Assembly: GCA_964035545.1 (NCBI GenBank)
Contig: OZ037765.1
Span: forward strand, 15,562,995 to 15,626,994
DNA from: Bugula neritina
Taxonomy: Eukaryota > Animalia > Bryozoa
Length of the DNA stretch: 64,000 nucleotides
Direction: 5' to 3'
In this document: positions 26,305 to 41,221 of the stretch, piece by piece
Position numbering within the stretch: the stretch's first letter is position 1
Layout: each line of letters starts with the position of its first letter
The notes under the pieces: generated by a model
Told to the model about the DNA's origin: nothing
Seen by the model: the letters and a program-made list of their open reading frames with translations, nothing else
Database searches by the model: none
Made by a program: the position numbers and the translations under genes

Positions 26305-29300
26305 GTGAAGTGAGCTGTCCTGCTCAGGAACATGGAAGGTAAGGTGTTCAGGAACCCGAGTCTCTTGACCGAGCATCAGGAGGTTGGGAGTTTCACCAGT
26401 GCTGGTGTGTGGTGTCCTGCGGTAAAGGCGCATGACCTGCGACAGTACCGTATCCCATTCCTCCTGACTATCCCTGAGGAGCAGTCTCCGGAGCGCATCA
26501 CCTAGCATCTGGTTGTTGCGCTCCACCACCCCGTTACCTTTGGGGTGGTAGGGGGTGGTCCTACTCTGGTTCACTCCCCAGAGGCGGCAGAGGTCACTCA
26601 TCAGCTAAGACTGGAACTGAGAACTTTGGTCAGAATGTATCTGTTCTGAAAAATCGAAGTAACCGAATACATGCTGATCCAGCACCCTGGCCACTGTCGG
26701 AGCCGGCGCATCTGGGATAGCCAGGGCGTTGGCCCACCTAGTAAAGTGGTCGGTTAATACTAGGATCCAGCTGTTGCCTCTGGGGGTTGGGGGCATGGGT
26801 TCGATCAGGTCGACAGCTACCACTTGCCATGGCCGTCCAGCATATAACCTCCATCATTCCGCTTCACCAGGGAGACGACCGTGCTTGCTGGCCTGGCAGA
26901 TCTCACACTGTCTGACTCTGAGTCGTACATCACGCCCCATTTTGGGCCAGTACCACCGGAGTTGTAGTTTGAAGATCACCATCTGGACTCCTGTGTGAGC
27001 CTGTTTGTGAGTGTCCCAAATTAACTCACGGCGTATGGCAGCAGAGCAGACCACCCTCCTCTTCTCGGGTGTTTGCCGTTGGCGGCTAGAGTAATGGTCA
27101 GCAGACCATCTTGCTTGATCCGCAGCGAGTCCCAACGCTGGCAGAATAGCCGAAACTCGGCGCATCCCTGCCTCAGTTGTTCCTCGCTGGGTCGCCGCCC
27201 TTCTTTTTTGGCCTGATACATGTCTGCCACCACTCCTGGGAGGTTTTCTTGGAGCTTCCTCAGCTCTTGAACGTTATCGGCTAAAACAGGGTTGGCGCGT
27301 AGGTTTTGCACCACCTCCGAACACTTGTCAACCATCGGCTTGAGTTGACCCTGAACCCATTCATACTCTGCTCCCTGGTGAGCCAGTGTCTCTAACTTGG
27401 ATCGTGGGGTACTTCCATCCCTCTTCTCGATATTAAGACACTGTTTAAAACCTCTGTCTGATGGCCGGCTCAGCCCATCCGCGTTGCCGTGCCTCTTACC
27501 CGGCCGATGTTTGATCCGGTAAAAAAACTTGGCTAGGACCAACCAAATCAAGGAGGCGTGGTCTGTATGCAACCGGAACTTCCTGCCGTACAGATAAGGA
27601 CGGAAGTATTTCACCAACTTGATTACTGCCAGCAACTCCTTTCGGGTAGTGCAGTAATTTCGTTCAGTGGGTGAGAGAGACTTGCTGTAGTAAGCTACTA
27701 CTACCTCTCGGCCTCCCTGCATTTATGACAGCACAGCGCCAACATTCTGGTCACTGGCGTCCGTGTCCAGGATATACCCTAGAGCCGGGTCTGGGTAGGC
27801 CAAGATGGGCGCCGCTAGCAGACAACCTTTGAGGCGGTCAAACGCCTGCTGTCCTACCGGAGACCACTGCCACGCTACCCCCTTTGCGGTGAGCCGGTTT
27901 AACGGCTGTGCTATCCCCGCAAAGTCTGGTATGTATTGCCGGTAATACCCTACCAGATCCAGGAATGCCCGGAGTCCTGTCAAGTCCTGGGGGGTAACCC
28001 AGTCTTCTATAGCCCGCACTTTTTCAGGATCCGTCGCGACGCCGTTCCGGCTGAGAACGTGCCCCAGGTACTTAACTTCTAGCTGCAACAGAGCCCACTT
28101 GGAAGGTTTCAGCTTTAGACCGGCACCTCTGAGTTTTTCGAAAACCTCCCTCAGACGACACACACCTGTCTTGAAGTCTGGGGAGATCACAATGACGTCA
28201 TCGAGGTAGTCCAGTGAAGTCCGCTAAGGACTTGTTCCATCAGCCTCTGGAAAGTGGCCGGGGCGGAGGTTAGCCCAAACGGCAGTACCTTCCACTTCCA
28301 CTTCGCCTTCTCCTGGGCATCGAGACTCAGAGGAACCTGCCAGTACCGCCCAACAAGTCTAACGTACTGAAGTACTTGCTACCGGCTAAGGCATTCAAGG
28401 ATTCACCAATATGGGGTAAAGGGTTGGCGTCCTTTATGGTCACCTTATTGAGTTTGCGGGAATCCACACAGAACTGCCAACTTTCGTTTTGCTTCTAGAC
28501 CAAGACGAGCGGCGAGCTTCATGCGCTATAGGCTGGCTCTATGAGGCCGCGGTCCAGAAGATCTCGAACTTGTCAGCTGACCTCTTTTTCCTTTTTCGGT
28601 CCCAACCTACGCATGGGTTGTCGAATACGAACTGTCCCCGCAGCTATCTCATGACGGACAGCCCGTGTCAGTCCCACGTCATGGTCTCCGCTGCCGAACA
28701 CGTCGTTGTACTCGTGTAGCAACTTCGCCATAGCCTGGCGTTTCTCGTTGCTCATGCAGCCGTCACAGGCTGTTTAGTACAACTCCTTGACGTTTGGCGG
28801 GACGTTCCCCGCCCTTTAGAGGAGCACGATCGGGGACCCTCTGTCGTATCTCCCAACGACGGTCCCACGTCCTCTTCCTGGACGGAATGGAAACGGCCCA
28901 GCATGGACCCTGCCAGTAGCTTTACTGACTCTGTGAAGGGGTTGACGCACTGCACTAAGATCTCTCCTTGCGCAGTCAGCTGATTGAGACTGCTGGCGAG
29001 CTGAATTCTATTGTGCGCACCTTCCATCTTTCCCAGCCCGGAGATTTGGCTATTGTTCACTCTACAGTGAATAGTAGCCCGAGGAGCGGCCCGGTATTGT
29101 ACAGTTTCGTACTACCTGCACGCCTCCCACTAGAGGACGACCGAACTTGTCGACACAGGTGAGCTCTCGCTTGGCTATTAGCATTGCAGATTTACTGAAG
29201 TCAATGTGACACCCGTGTCGTTTCAAGAACGGCATCCCGAGGATAGCATTCTCTTCGAGCTGGCTGATGACAAACGTCTCCCGTATAGCTTGGTCACGGA

Positions 29301-30720
29301 CACGCCCAGTTAGTTCTACAATACCATAGAAGGGGATGCATGACCCATCCGCCAGGGTGCCATGCTCCCCCGTGTACGGTTGTACCCTACCCTTATCCTT
29401 GGGAAGAAGGGCATCGAAGACACGACGGCTGAGGAGGTTCGTGGTACACCGGGAGTCTAGCAGGAAAATGACAGCTTCGCCGGCCACCTTGCCCGGTAGG
29501 AAATAACTATCTTCATGTGGTTGTACCCTCACTCCCCCTGCAAACTCGGCTTTGGTAGGGTAGGGCTTTTTCGAGCCGGCCCGTGGTCTACGAAGCTTCT
29601 TGCGGCGAGGGATTTGCCTTCGAGAGGCAGGATTTCCCTCCTCGGCTTTCAGGTAGAGTCTGCTAGTCGGTTCGTGCTCTGGTAGCTGATCAAAGCGGTT
29701 TGCGAGTGGCAATGTAAAAGTCCCCAGTCGATTTTCAGGTCGACTGGTCCTACGTGGTACCTGCCACTCGTGAAGGTTGTACCGTCGCGTCCTTACAGAC
29801 AGTTGGCAGTTTCCTGTGTTGGAGTCCTTTACTTTTGGCCTGCAGGAGGCGGAGACGTTCGCGGGCCGTGGAAGTTTAATCCATGTCTGTTCTGGGGGCA
29901 TTCCGTCCTTGACTGCCACACCCCCAACATAGGGCTGGCGGCCGCGGGGTCTCATCTGCAACCGCACGGGTCTTTGGACGAGCCCTGTTGTGTCAAAACG
30001 GGCGAGGACCCCCACTAACTTCTTTAGCATTCTGCCATGCGGTTGACCTCTGTGTCCAAAAGGAAGTTGGTGGAGGTAGTTGCTACTTGTGTTGATGGTA
30101 GTGGCCTGCCATGTCCCTCCCTGGAGTTCACAGTGTAGCTGTTTTGCTAATAGGTGGGCCTCGCCTCTGTGCAAAGCTTTCTCTACTATGGTCACCCCTT
30201 TTGCTTAAAGCTGATGGTGGAGACCCAGATCATTGAGTGACTGCACGAAGGCGTCATAGGTATACCGCTCTTGGTGTCTCGCTGGTAAGTAGCTGTATGC
30301 AATCTGTGCCAGTCTCTTCACCGTAGCTGCATGCTCCTGTAGGGGCGTACGTGGTTTGCGACACAGCCCTTGTAGACAGGCCCTGGCGTTTACAGCAGAG
30401 ATGCCGAAACGGGCCCGCAGTGCAGCCAAGATCCCATCTACGCTGGTTCCCAGCCTGTACGGTTTGGCCTGTTCCGTTTGTGCCATCCGTAGCTGGATCA
30501 GGGCTACCCTAGGTGGCCACTGAATGATGTCTATCACCTCACTGAATTCTTGGATAAACTGCTCTACATCTTCCAAGCCAGTGAAGGTAGGGGTTTTCAG
30601 GCGATACCTGTCGGCCTCCTCCCCTTGTAACACGGGGCCCTCTGGGGCTACAGCAATATCAGACTCACCTTCCCTATGTCGAGCTGGTTCTCCCGCCATC
30701 CTGGTCCGTATCGATGTCAA
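26305..30720 (-). pseudogene. pol: Gypsy C gag-pol (gag, PR, RT, RH, IN), frameshifted; integrase C-terminus deleted
   Basis: 'FLLDSRCT', 'YLDD', 'LDTDASD', 'TDHASL', 'HSDQ', 'YHPKGNGVVER'. Confidence 0.93.
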
Positions 30721-30743
30721 TCAGATCTGCATTGCACAGAGTA

Positions 30744-30763
30744 GAATCCCACCGCTGCCACCA
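30744..30763 (-). promoter_or_regulatory. Primer-binding site complementary to the tRNA-Leu 3' end
   Basis: Minus strand TGGTGGCAGCGGTGGGATTC next to the LTR. Confidence 0.88.
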
Positions 30764-30764
30764 C

Positions 30765-31096
30765 TGTGATAATTCTGTCAATTATTACTGAGAGTGGATT
30801 CTGTATGTGCAATGGTGTCTTATTTGATTAACAATTTAAATCAACTACCCAGCTGCTAGCGTAATAAAAAAACTATATTTGTTGCCTATATACAAATTAT
30901 AAGAGAGAGAGAGACACATCCAGTATCTAAGTTACATATCCCGTCTAGTTAAAACCTACTACATTCGTCAACATACTACTTCTAACTGATTATATGGTCT
31001 TCCGGACACATTCTGCTCCGCAGGGGGTAGTCACCTACTTAAACATTATTGGCTATTAGACACGTGCACGATTTGTACGCTTTACTAGCCACTACA
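30765..31096 (-). repeat. 5' LTR of Gypsy C
   Basis: Repeat of 21547-21876; TTAT TSD follows. Confidence 0.93.
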
Positions 31097-31362
31097 TTAT
31101 GTAAAATTATAGACAATAGAAGATAGAAAAAGTGGGAGCATTTAAATTGAATTTAAATTACTAGTAAAACTTACTTTCATTAGTTGTTTGCTACGTAATT
31201 TAAGCCTAATAGTCCTGTAAGTTTATGAATAATCTGCACAACACCTATTAATTTTATATAAGCTGTTGTTATAGTGGTAATTTACTATTTAGATTTAGTG
31301 GCTAACTTGGCTGGCATACAATATTGGCTGTCTGCATAATATACAATATTATTATTACTATC

Positions 31363-31955
31363 TGTATGGACTTCAGACTGCCATTGTCCTACCAGCAGAC
31401 AGCCCATATCAATAAGCTGAATAGATGAATAGACACATTTACATTTAGTATTGCAGCAGCTTGACTTTACTCTTTATAATTTGGATTACGTAATCATTAA
31501 TGATTAAGATTATAAATACTTTCAATTCATATCTCTGCTGTCTAGAAAGCAGAGTTTGACGACCTGCAGTAATATAGTTATATTGGTGAGTGTGGAATAT
31601 GTGTGGCTTAAATGAATATGAAAAGTATAAAAGGGAGTGCGTATGAGAGAGAGAAAGAGGAGAGATAGAGTGAATGAAGAGATTGAAGATTGTGCAGAAT
31701 GCATTAAATTATATGAGTGAGTGCTAGCCCAAGTAGTCGACGGCGGAGCACACACAGACAAATACCCCAACCCGGAGACTCGACAATACCCTTGCAGACT
31801 AATACCCCTGCAGACTGACGGGAGCTGGAGTCATCTTGCAGCCAAGCCAAGCGACCCGTGCCTGTATGCTAAACTCGAGCTCACTTAAAGGCTACAAAAC
31901 AATTATATTATTCGGTGAGTTGCAATAGCTAAAAACTCCATATCCCGATACAACA
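31363..31955 (+). mobile_element. Probable solo LTR
   Basis: TG...CA ends; TATAAAAG at about 31626; flanks CTATC/CTGTC (5-bp TSD with one mismatch). Confidence 0.55.
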
Positions 31956-32775
31956 CTGTCAAGCTAAAATATTAAGATTAATTATCTTAAATTGGCCAAA
32001 TTACTTTATACTAAAAGCTTTACTGGGCAGAGTTTATAGCTGGCGTTTAATTTTAGAGTATGGAAATTTTGTTTTTCAACAGCAGTAGCTTTTATCACTC
32101 AGGTGGGTAAAAAAGTATACTATTAAAGTACTCTTCACTTAAAAGGAGGCAACTCCGCGAAATTGATCTGACACTCTCATGGAAAAATGATCGATCTGAG
32201 CACATGTCTCAGATTGATCTCAGCGAGATCGATCTGAGATCGATCCATGGAAAGCCCGTGATTGTTGATGATGGCGTCTGACAATTGACTTAGACCTCAG
32301 GCTATCAGCTAAATACTTAATACTAATACTCCGTAGCGATTCAACCTATAACTGTTATAACCCAACACGCTGATATGTTTGGCCTCCTCATCATCATTCT
32401 ATTGTTACAATGTTATTATATTAATTTGTATTATGTGTATACTCTGTAGCATACTATATAGTAATTACGTGTACTCGGTTATATAATCTTTTTGTGTCTA
32501 AGCATTACTTATACTAATATTACTTTATTGTGTGTTTGTAGTACATTCTCTGGCTTATGGTTTGAGACAGATTAAAGATTACCTACCACTCGAAACTAAT
32601 CCAAACTTTCTTATCTCAATATCTGTTTATCCACAAACAACTACAATAACAATTACAAAACATTGGAATAATCACTGACATAAACATGGTGCCCCGAGTA
32701 AGGAAGTTATTACACTGAATGCTACCTATACTACAGCTAGTTCCTGATACAAGATACAAAATAGTTATTGTAAAC

Positions 32776-34941
32776 ATGGCAACTGCACAAGATTTTCTTA
32801 TGCCCAAACTCCTGCAAGATGGTGCAGAGTTGTCCACCCAATGGTCCCGCTTCAAGGAAGAGTTTGACTATTACCTAATAGCTGCAGAAAAATCTGACCA
32901 AGAGGATGAAATAAAAATAGCCATTCTACTGCAGACCATTGGACCAAGAGGTGTAGACATATTCAAAAGTTTCAAGTTTGGAGAAGGAAAATCTAAAGAT
33001 GTTTACAAGGATGTCCTAAAAAAATTTGACAAGTTTTGTAAAAAGACCTCCAACAAAACAATCAAAAGACATCAACTGCTATCGACAAAACAGGAATGCC
33101 TATCAATAGATGAGTATGTCACCAACTTACATAGGATCGCCAGAGAATGTGACCTTGGTGACATGTACGATGACTTTTTTATGCAGGCCTTATTTCTTGG
33201 CATCAACGACGAACAACTGCGGAGAAAATTGTTCGAGGAGTCAGAAAACATAGACCTCGAAAAAGCTATTAAAAAGTGGAAATTGGCTGAGAGCTCTCAG
33301 CGTGATATGAAGGCTATTAAAGCGGAAGGAGAATCAATTCACACATTTGGTCACAAGCCCACTAAAGCAAACAAAAGTGTCAAACAGTACTTACACACAA
33401 CTGACAAGGAAGCGAATAATCCTGCTAAATCTAACTGTGGAAACTGTGGCAATTCTCATCCTCCTCGCAAATGCCCAGCATATGGCAAACAGTGCAGTAA
33501 CTGCAAGAAATTTAACCACTTCAGAGCGGTCTGCAGATCTAAGAGATACGGCAGAATAAATGCAGTCGCTGAACACATAGCTTCTAACGAGAGCAGTGAT
33601 TCAGAATCTCTTATGTACATACAAGCAGTAAAGAAAGAAAAGAGACTCACCGCCAACATCGATACTAGATCTAGGAATAAGCGTGCTAAAATAGAATATC
33701 AGCTAGACACAGGAGCCTCGTGCAACATATTAAATCAAAAAGATTATCTGGCTTGTGGAGCACCGGCACTGAGTCAAAAGAAACTACCCAACCTTCAACT
33801 CTATGATGGCACTCATACCAGAACTACAGGGCTCTGCGAACTGAGATTAACAGGCAAAACATTTCGATTCTATGTGGTCAAGACTGGAAACATGAGTCTA
33901 CTCTCTTTGGACACGTGCTTAGAACTTGGGCTGCTATCCATCAAAAACGAATGGGTAAACTTCATATCACCACCTGAACACACAGATGTAGATCAGCTCA
34001 TCCAGGAATATGGGTTGATTTTTGAGGGCGTTGGTTGTCTTCCGGGAGAATATCGCATTGAAGTAGACCTTAATGTATCCCCCACCCAGTCAATCAACAG
34101 AAAAGTGGCCTTATCGATGAGACAGGACCTAAAAGATAAACTGGAATTGTTGGTCAACAACAAGATTATAGCCAAAGTAGACTATCCAACCCCCTGGATC
34201 AGCAACACACTGGCCCGAAGAAAGCCCAATGGAAAGCTCCGAGTATGTATCAACCCTGCCAACTTGAACAAGGCCATAAAGAGGAACCACTATCCAATGC
34301 CCACATTGGAAGATGTACTGCCAGAATTAGATGGAGCCAAATTTTTTTTGCTATGTGATGCAAAGGATGGTTTCCTTCAAGTCAAGCTGGACAGTGAATC
34401 AAGTGATCTCACTACGTTCTGGACGCCGTACGAGAAGTACAAGTGGTTACGGATGCCGTTTGGCTTATCTTCAAGCCCAGAGGAATTTTAGCGCCGGCTA
34501 TCAGAGGCTCTTGCAGGTTTAGACGGGACCATGAAAGTGGCTGACGACACCCTTGTATATGGTAAAGAGGCCACTATGGAAGAAGCCCGACTAGATCACA
34601 ACAACAACCTGGGGAACCTTTTTGAGAGGGCCCGGGAGACAAACCTGAAACTGAATAAAGACAAATGCAGATTTCTCTTGAGTGAACTACAATACATTGG
34701 CCACATCATTTCAAACGAGGATGTGAAGAAAGACCCTAAGAAAACCAGCGCGATCCAGGACATGAACACACCAACTGACGGAGAAGGAGTTCGCAGGTTT
34801 CTAGGTCACATTAACTACTTGTCAAAGCTCATTCCCAACTGTTCGACCGAAACCGAACCTCTACGAAGACTCATTGGGACGACAAAAGTCGATTTCAGCT
34901 GGGGAGAAGACCAAGAGAGAGCATTTAAAAAGCTCAAACAA
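32776..34941 (+). pseudogene. pol: Mag-like gag-protease-RT (stop at 34489)
   Basis: 'CGNCGNSHPPRKCPAYGKQCSNCKKFNHFRAVC', 'QLDTGASCN', 'RMPFGLSSSPEEF', 'VADDTLVYG'. Confidence 0.92.
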
Positions 34942-34942
34942 T

Positions 34943-37808
34943 AGAGGGGTTTCAGACATCCCTTTAGGGGAATTTGTATTTTAAAGTTGTCTCCCCCTAC
35001 AGGGATTGGGGGCAGTCTCGATGATATATAGAAGGCCCATAAAATAAGTAGAAATGTAAGGTTTGAGTGAAGACTACTACTAGTATAAGTTTTATTTTTT
35101 CTGAGATTAATATTTTGGCATAATAAGTACACATATGAGCAGTTTTAGAAATTTTTTAAAAAGTTTTGTTAATGATGAATGGCACAAAAACAAAACTTCA
35201 AAGCATATTTGTGGTTTTGGTTATTGAGCAAATCTGAAGCTGGCAGCTGTCATTAATATTTGCTTTGCTGACTGTAACCAGTCTGTTTAGAGCTGCTAAC
35301 CTTTCAACTCTTAGAACAATAATAACGTGCCCGTACACTATATAGCTGCACTAGTGGGCTCTGTCTTACTGAACTCCAAATGCTCCAAATTATGGGTTAG
35401 AACACATGCCTGTACGTTTATGAAGGCACTGGCTCATTTGTATTAACATGTTCACGTACTTACACACCTATACTATGAAAATAACTAAGCCACCCTACTA
35501 TCTAATATTTCTATATATCAAAAAAATTATTATAATTATAAAGATATGTATTAAAATAGATACATTAAATTTGTAATTTTAAGCAACATCTTATCTAAAA
35601 ATGCCAAACACTGTATAGCTATATATATGTTTTAAAAGCATTTGTTTACATGGCATGCCTGCAAGTCAATGAAAATATTTAGAGAACAGTAAAAAGAAGC
35701 ATATAAATTTCAAAATAGTTTCTTCTTTTCTGAGATGAATATTTTGGAAATGTCCCACAATTCAACATTTAAATTAAGTCTGTAAAAAACATTTCACAGT
35801 GTATTTTCAATAAATAATTATTCTTGCAAGCTGTTTGTATACCAAAATTTCTAATACAGAAATGTTTTTGGAGCATTGTAAATTATATACTGCTGCATTG
35901 CAGAAAAAAATCATCAAAAAAGCACTTTTCAGTCAAATCAACTTGGCTTGTTTCCAAAAAAGAGTTGAAATGTACATTTAGTACCAGCTGTAAAGTATAG
36001 AAAGAACGAACTATGTCATAATGACTGCATTCTTATGACACTAATGAAATTAAGATTGGCTTTACTCCATACCGATCTTGCTCAATGGTGGAGTTTTAAA
36101 TAATGCTACTAAGTTTCACTAAATTCCAAGATAACACTTGTTATATCAAATTATTTGGCTTTGCTGATTTAGCAATATTATGTACATTTTGTACTTATTT
36201 ATCTCTAGGTCAGTTTTCAGCCATGTATTTGACCACATTGCTATACTTCCTTTGTGCCAGCATTCTCTCCTTTATATCTTTTCTGTGGTTTCTAATAATT
36301 TTCAGTGGTATGTCACTGTATGTAAACTATGTGAACCATCAGGCTATCTCTTATACAATGCATGCTGCTCTAAGAATAACAGCAGCTGTTTTGTATTCAA
36401 TCAACCTCATTGCGAGAATTTTGTTTGCTTGAAGCTCCCTGTTGAGTAGCTGTCTCTCTATATTACATAACTGCTTGTTCAAGAAAGTGCAAGATGAGAA
36501 CTGTCCAACTTTAGCTGTCTAACTTAAATTACATTATATAGGATTACATCACTACATAATAAGCTGATTAAACAACACATATAAATCGGCCAAAAACACC
36601 ACACACTTGACTAGCTCTAGTTTGACTCATTTATATTTCGAGTTTTTCACATTACTTGAACATGCTTTAGCCAATTTGTTGCATTAATTTTCATCCATAC
36701 ATGTAATACAAGAATTTAGTATATTATTTTTTTAGGTTTGGATTGTCTACTAGGCAGGTATCACAGATATTTAATCAGACTGTGAAGTTGCTTAGAGGAG
36801 CTCTAAATCCAGTGATGGTATTTTATCAACACACGAGGTTAATAAAACAATTCCACCTTAATGAACTTTGACCTAGTTAACTAGACCACTGTAAAATGGC
36901 ATGCCAGAACAAACGCAAACCAGCTTGCAAGAATAATTATTCATTAGAATACACTGTGAAAAATTATTTTACAGACTTAATTTAAAAGTTGAATTGTGGG
37001 ACATTTCCAAAATATTCATCTCAGAAAAGAAGAAACTATTCTGAAATTTATATGCTTCTTTTTACTGTTCTCTAAATATTTTCATTGACTTGCAGGCATG
37101 CCATGTAAACAAATGTTTTTAAAACATATATATAGTTATACAGTGTTTGGCATCTTTAGATAAGATGTTGCTTGAAATTACAAATTTAATCTATCTATTT
37201 TAATACATATCTTTATATTTATAATAATTTTGTTAATATATAGAAATATTAGATAGTACGGTGGCTTAGTTATTTTCATAGTATAGGTCTGTAAGTACGT
37301 GAACATGTTAATACAAATGAGCCAGTGCCTTCATAAACGTACAGGCATGTGTTCTAACCCATAATTTGGAGCATTTGGAGTTCAGTAAGACAGAGCCCAC
37401 TAGTGCAGCTATATAGTGTACGAGCACGTTATTATTGTTCTAAGAGTTGAAAGGTTAGCAGCTCTAAACAGACTGGTTACAGTCAGCAAAGCAAATAATA
37501 ATGACAGCTGCCAGCTTCAGATTTGCTCAATAACCAAAATCACAAATATGCTTTAAAGTTTTGTTTTTGTGCCATTCATCATTAACAAATTTTTTTTAAA
37601 AATTTCTGAAACTGCTCATATGTGTACTTATGCCAAAATATTAATCTCAGAAAAAATAAAACTTATACTAGTAGTAGTCTTCGCTCAAACCTTACATTTC
37701 TACTTGTTTTATGGGCCGTCTATATATCATCGAGACTGCGCCCAATCCCTGTAGGGGGAAACAACTTTAAAATACAAATTCCCCTAGAGGGATGTCTTAA
37801 ACCCCTCT
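34943..37808. mobile_element. 2.87-kb foldback-type non-autonomous DNA transposon with ~890-bp TIRs
   Basis: 34943-~35835 is the reverse complement of ~36920-37808; AT flanks; excision restores 'KLKQ-LAVND' in the pol frame. Confidence 0.92.
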
Positions 37809-37809
37809 A

Positions 37810-39638
37810 TTGGCGGTGAACGATGTTACCCTACAATACTTCAAGGTTAACAAGCCGGTAATTGTACAAGCGGATGCCTCTACTAAAGGATTAGGGGCAG
37901 CCCTAATACAAGGTGGCAGACCAGTGGCTTACGCATCAAGAAGTCTCTCAGAAAGTGAAAAAAATTATGCTCTTATTGAGCTTGAACTACTAGCCATTGT
38001 ATTTGCAATGACAAGATTTGACCAGTATGTGTTCGGCAATCCTAATATAACTATACACACCGACCATGAACCACTGATACCAATTTTCAGAAAGTCTCTG
38101 CTCCGGGCTCCCAAGCGATTGCAAGCAATGATGCTAGCCCTTCAGCGATACCCAGCCAAGGTTGAACATAGACCGGGAGCACAACAGGTCACTGCAGACA
38201 TGCTGTCAAGGTCGCCCACCGATATGGCCGAGTAAGGAGATACTCCCGTAGATCAGATATTTCAAATAGCGTCCTTCCTTTCTGATCTAGACATCACAAA
38301 TTCACAGGAAGACTTACCAGTGTCTAAACCTACCTATCAAGATATCAAAAATGCTACTCTTGGAGACCACGTGCTCCAAGCAATCCAACAGTTAATTGTC
38401 AAAGGATGGCCCGTAAAGCCAACTGAGCTACCAGAAATCTTGCGGGCATTCTACCATGTTAAAGATGAACTAGCAACTTTAGATGAAGTCATCTATCGAG
38501 GACCTCAATTAGTAATTTCAAAATCCTACAGACCAGTCATACTGAAAAAAATTACATCTCAGCCATCAAGGAACAGCAGCTACCCTTCGAAGAGCACGGT
38601 CTTGTGTATACTGGCCACAAATGTCAAATGATATCACCTGTCACGTTAATCAGTGTGTAGCTCGCGCATATGATGCTCCTAGTCAACAGAAAGAAACCAT
38701 TCAACACCATGATATACCAGCAATCCCATGGTGCAAAGTCGGAATGAATTTGTTCTCCTTCAAACAGCAAGACTACTTGATAATTGTGGACTACTTTAGT
38801 GATTTCTTTGAATGCGAAAGATTAAAGGAAGCAACTTCAAAAGCTGTCATCAAAGCCAGCAAAAGAGCTTTTGCCAGATTTGGAATCCCAGAAGTGGTTC
38901 ATTCAGACAATGGCCCACAATTCACCTCTTTAGAATTTACAGTTTCGTAAAGAATGGGGTTTTCGCCATACGACTAGTTCCCCAAGACACCCACAATCCA
39001 ATGGGAAGGTGGAAGCAGCAGTCAAAGTTACAAAGAGACTATTTATGAGATCCGAAGACCCTTTTTGGCCTTACTGGAACTTAGAAACACTCCAACAGCT
39101 GGCATGTCCTTGAGTCCAATAGAACGGATCCTCGGAAAACCTACACGCTCACTGTTGCTTACTGGTCACAGCATCTCCAAGCAAACACACAAAAAACGCT
39201 CTCAGAGAAAAGGCTGCAAAGAAACTTATCACGCAGAAGAGCTACAACAAATCTGCTAAAGACCTCATGTGGCTAACAACGGGTTTACCTGTGCTTATCA
39301 GAGACACAGCCAACATGAAGAACAAGTGGAACCGAGGCAAAGTTCTGGAAATGCTCTCAGACAGATCTTACTCAGTGCTTAATGAAGAAACTGAAAACAT
39401 TATCAGACGAACTCGAAGAGACCTACAACAGCTACCCAGAGAACAACTTACTAAAACCGCCGATGTCCAGCCAGTAATTACACCAACCAATTCTACTGAG
39501 GAACAACCACCTAGTCCACCAGAAGACACTCTAATCAGATCTGACCCTGATCAAAATTTAGAGCGATTAAACATACACACCCGCCCATTAAGAGAAAGAA
39601 AAATGCTTCCAAAATACCAAGACTATGTGTTGAAGTAG
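37810..39638 (+). pseudogene. pol: Mag-like RNase H and integrase, frameshifted
   Basis: 'QADASTKGLGAAL', 'HTDHEPL', 'IVDYFSDF', 'HSDNGPQF', 'LLELRNTP'. Confidence 0.92.
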
Positions 39639-41221
39639 CCCATGATCTGGACTAACTAAGCTTTTACCGTATCAACCCTTTGGCTACTAAAACTATATTG
39701 ACCTAATCAATTATAATCTATTCATTTCACTCTCAAACTTATACCACCTTTTGTAAAAGAAAAGGAGATGTTGATGATGGCGTCTGACAATTGACTTAGA
39801 CCTCAGGCTATCAGCTAAATACTTAATACTAATACTCCGTAGCGATTCAACCTATAACTGTTATAACCCAACACGCTGATATGTTTGGCCTCCCCATCAT
39901 CATTCTGTTGTTACAATGTTATTATATTAATTTGTATTATGTGTATACTCTGTAGCATACGATATAGTAATTACGTGTACTCGGTTATATAATCATTTTG
40001 TGTCTAAGCATTACTTATACTAATATTACTTTATTGTGTGTTTATAGTACATTCTCGGGCTTACGGTTTGAGACAGATTGAAGATAACCTACCACTCGAA
40101 ACTAATCCAAACTTTCTTATCTCAATATCTGTTTATCCACAAACAACTACAATAACAATTACAAAACATTGGAATAATCACTGACATAAACGGTGATTAA
40201 CTAGTGATGAGGTGGTCACTTTTGATAGGTTTTAAAATGACTAAGAAAAGTATAAGCAAAACTAATTTAGCCCTCCTAAAAAAAATTGCAACCAAAAAAG
40301 TTTATTCTTCACTGAGCATAGGATTGTTGCTTGTTAAATTATAACCTTAACTAAATAAGTCAAGACAGCAAGTGAACCACTTTAGGTGATAGATGAATAC
40401 TCTATATAAAACATCTTTGTCTAGACATCTAAACTGCTAACCCCTACAGACAAATATACAGATGGTTCAACTACTAATGTTTAATGAAATAGTTGTAAAG
40501 TTTAGAGGTAAGAACCATAATGGGATAGGTGCATAAGCAATATTAGCAGCAGTGATGGTTGATTTAACCTCTTTAGTAGTTCCCATGGCTTACATGCTAT
40601 AAAATCCTTGCTGAATAGCCTATTTATTATTGTGAACAAAATATTGGTAAATAGAAAGTTGGTATAATACTACCCTGTAGCTTGCACCATGTAAATGTAG
40701 ACAGAGTGTACACTGTTCAGGCAATCAGATGTATGTTTTAGAAGACCATTCAAAAACACAGCCAATCACAGTTCTGTACCAAAGTCTGGTGGCTCATTAC
40801 CAGCTGGCATATTGGGGAACAATAGTAATTCATACTTGTATAATAGAGAACAAATAAAGCTAAGAGTTATGTAACAACTGGCCTTGAGCTGCAAAACTGT
40901 ACCAGTGTTATAATTTTATGCTCAGGGGTTGGTGTGCAATCAAGTGACTCTTATTCAATATGCTAAATCAACTTCGCCAGTGTGATTCGAGTTAATACTA
41001 ATATATTTACACACAATGATACATCACAAAAACTACAGTCATCAAAATACAATCAGCTAATCGATACGGTCTATACAGTTCACCAGACTAATTTTAGCTA
41101 ACTACAACGCGGGAAGCTATAACTACTAAAAAACTGTCAGTCATTCTGATTGGTTGTCTGCTGTCCCGGGTCATCCCAATGACCCCGTGCTGCAATCGTA
41201 AGGGGAATTAGCATTTCCCCA

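Larger units (their letters stand above)
32263..40192 (+). mobile_element. Ty3/Gypsy element of Mag-like type (single gag-pol frame), interrupted by a foldback element
   Basis: 424-bp LTRs 32263-32686 and 39769-40192; 5-bp TSD GTGAT; PBS TGGTGCCCCGAGTAAGG (resembles elongator tRNA-Met 3' end); PPT AAAAGAAAAGGAGA. Confidence 0.95.

Noticed and set aside
36103-36449. Hydrophobic ORFs inside the foldback element
   Set aside because: AT-rich, no recognisable transposase or other motif
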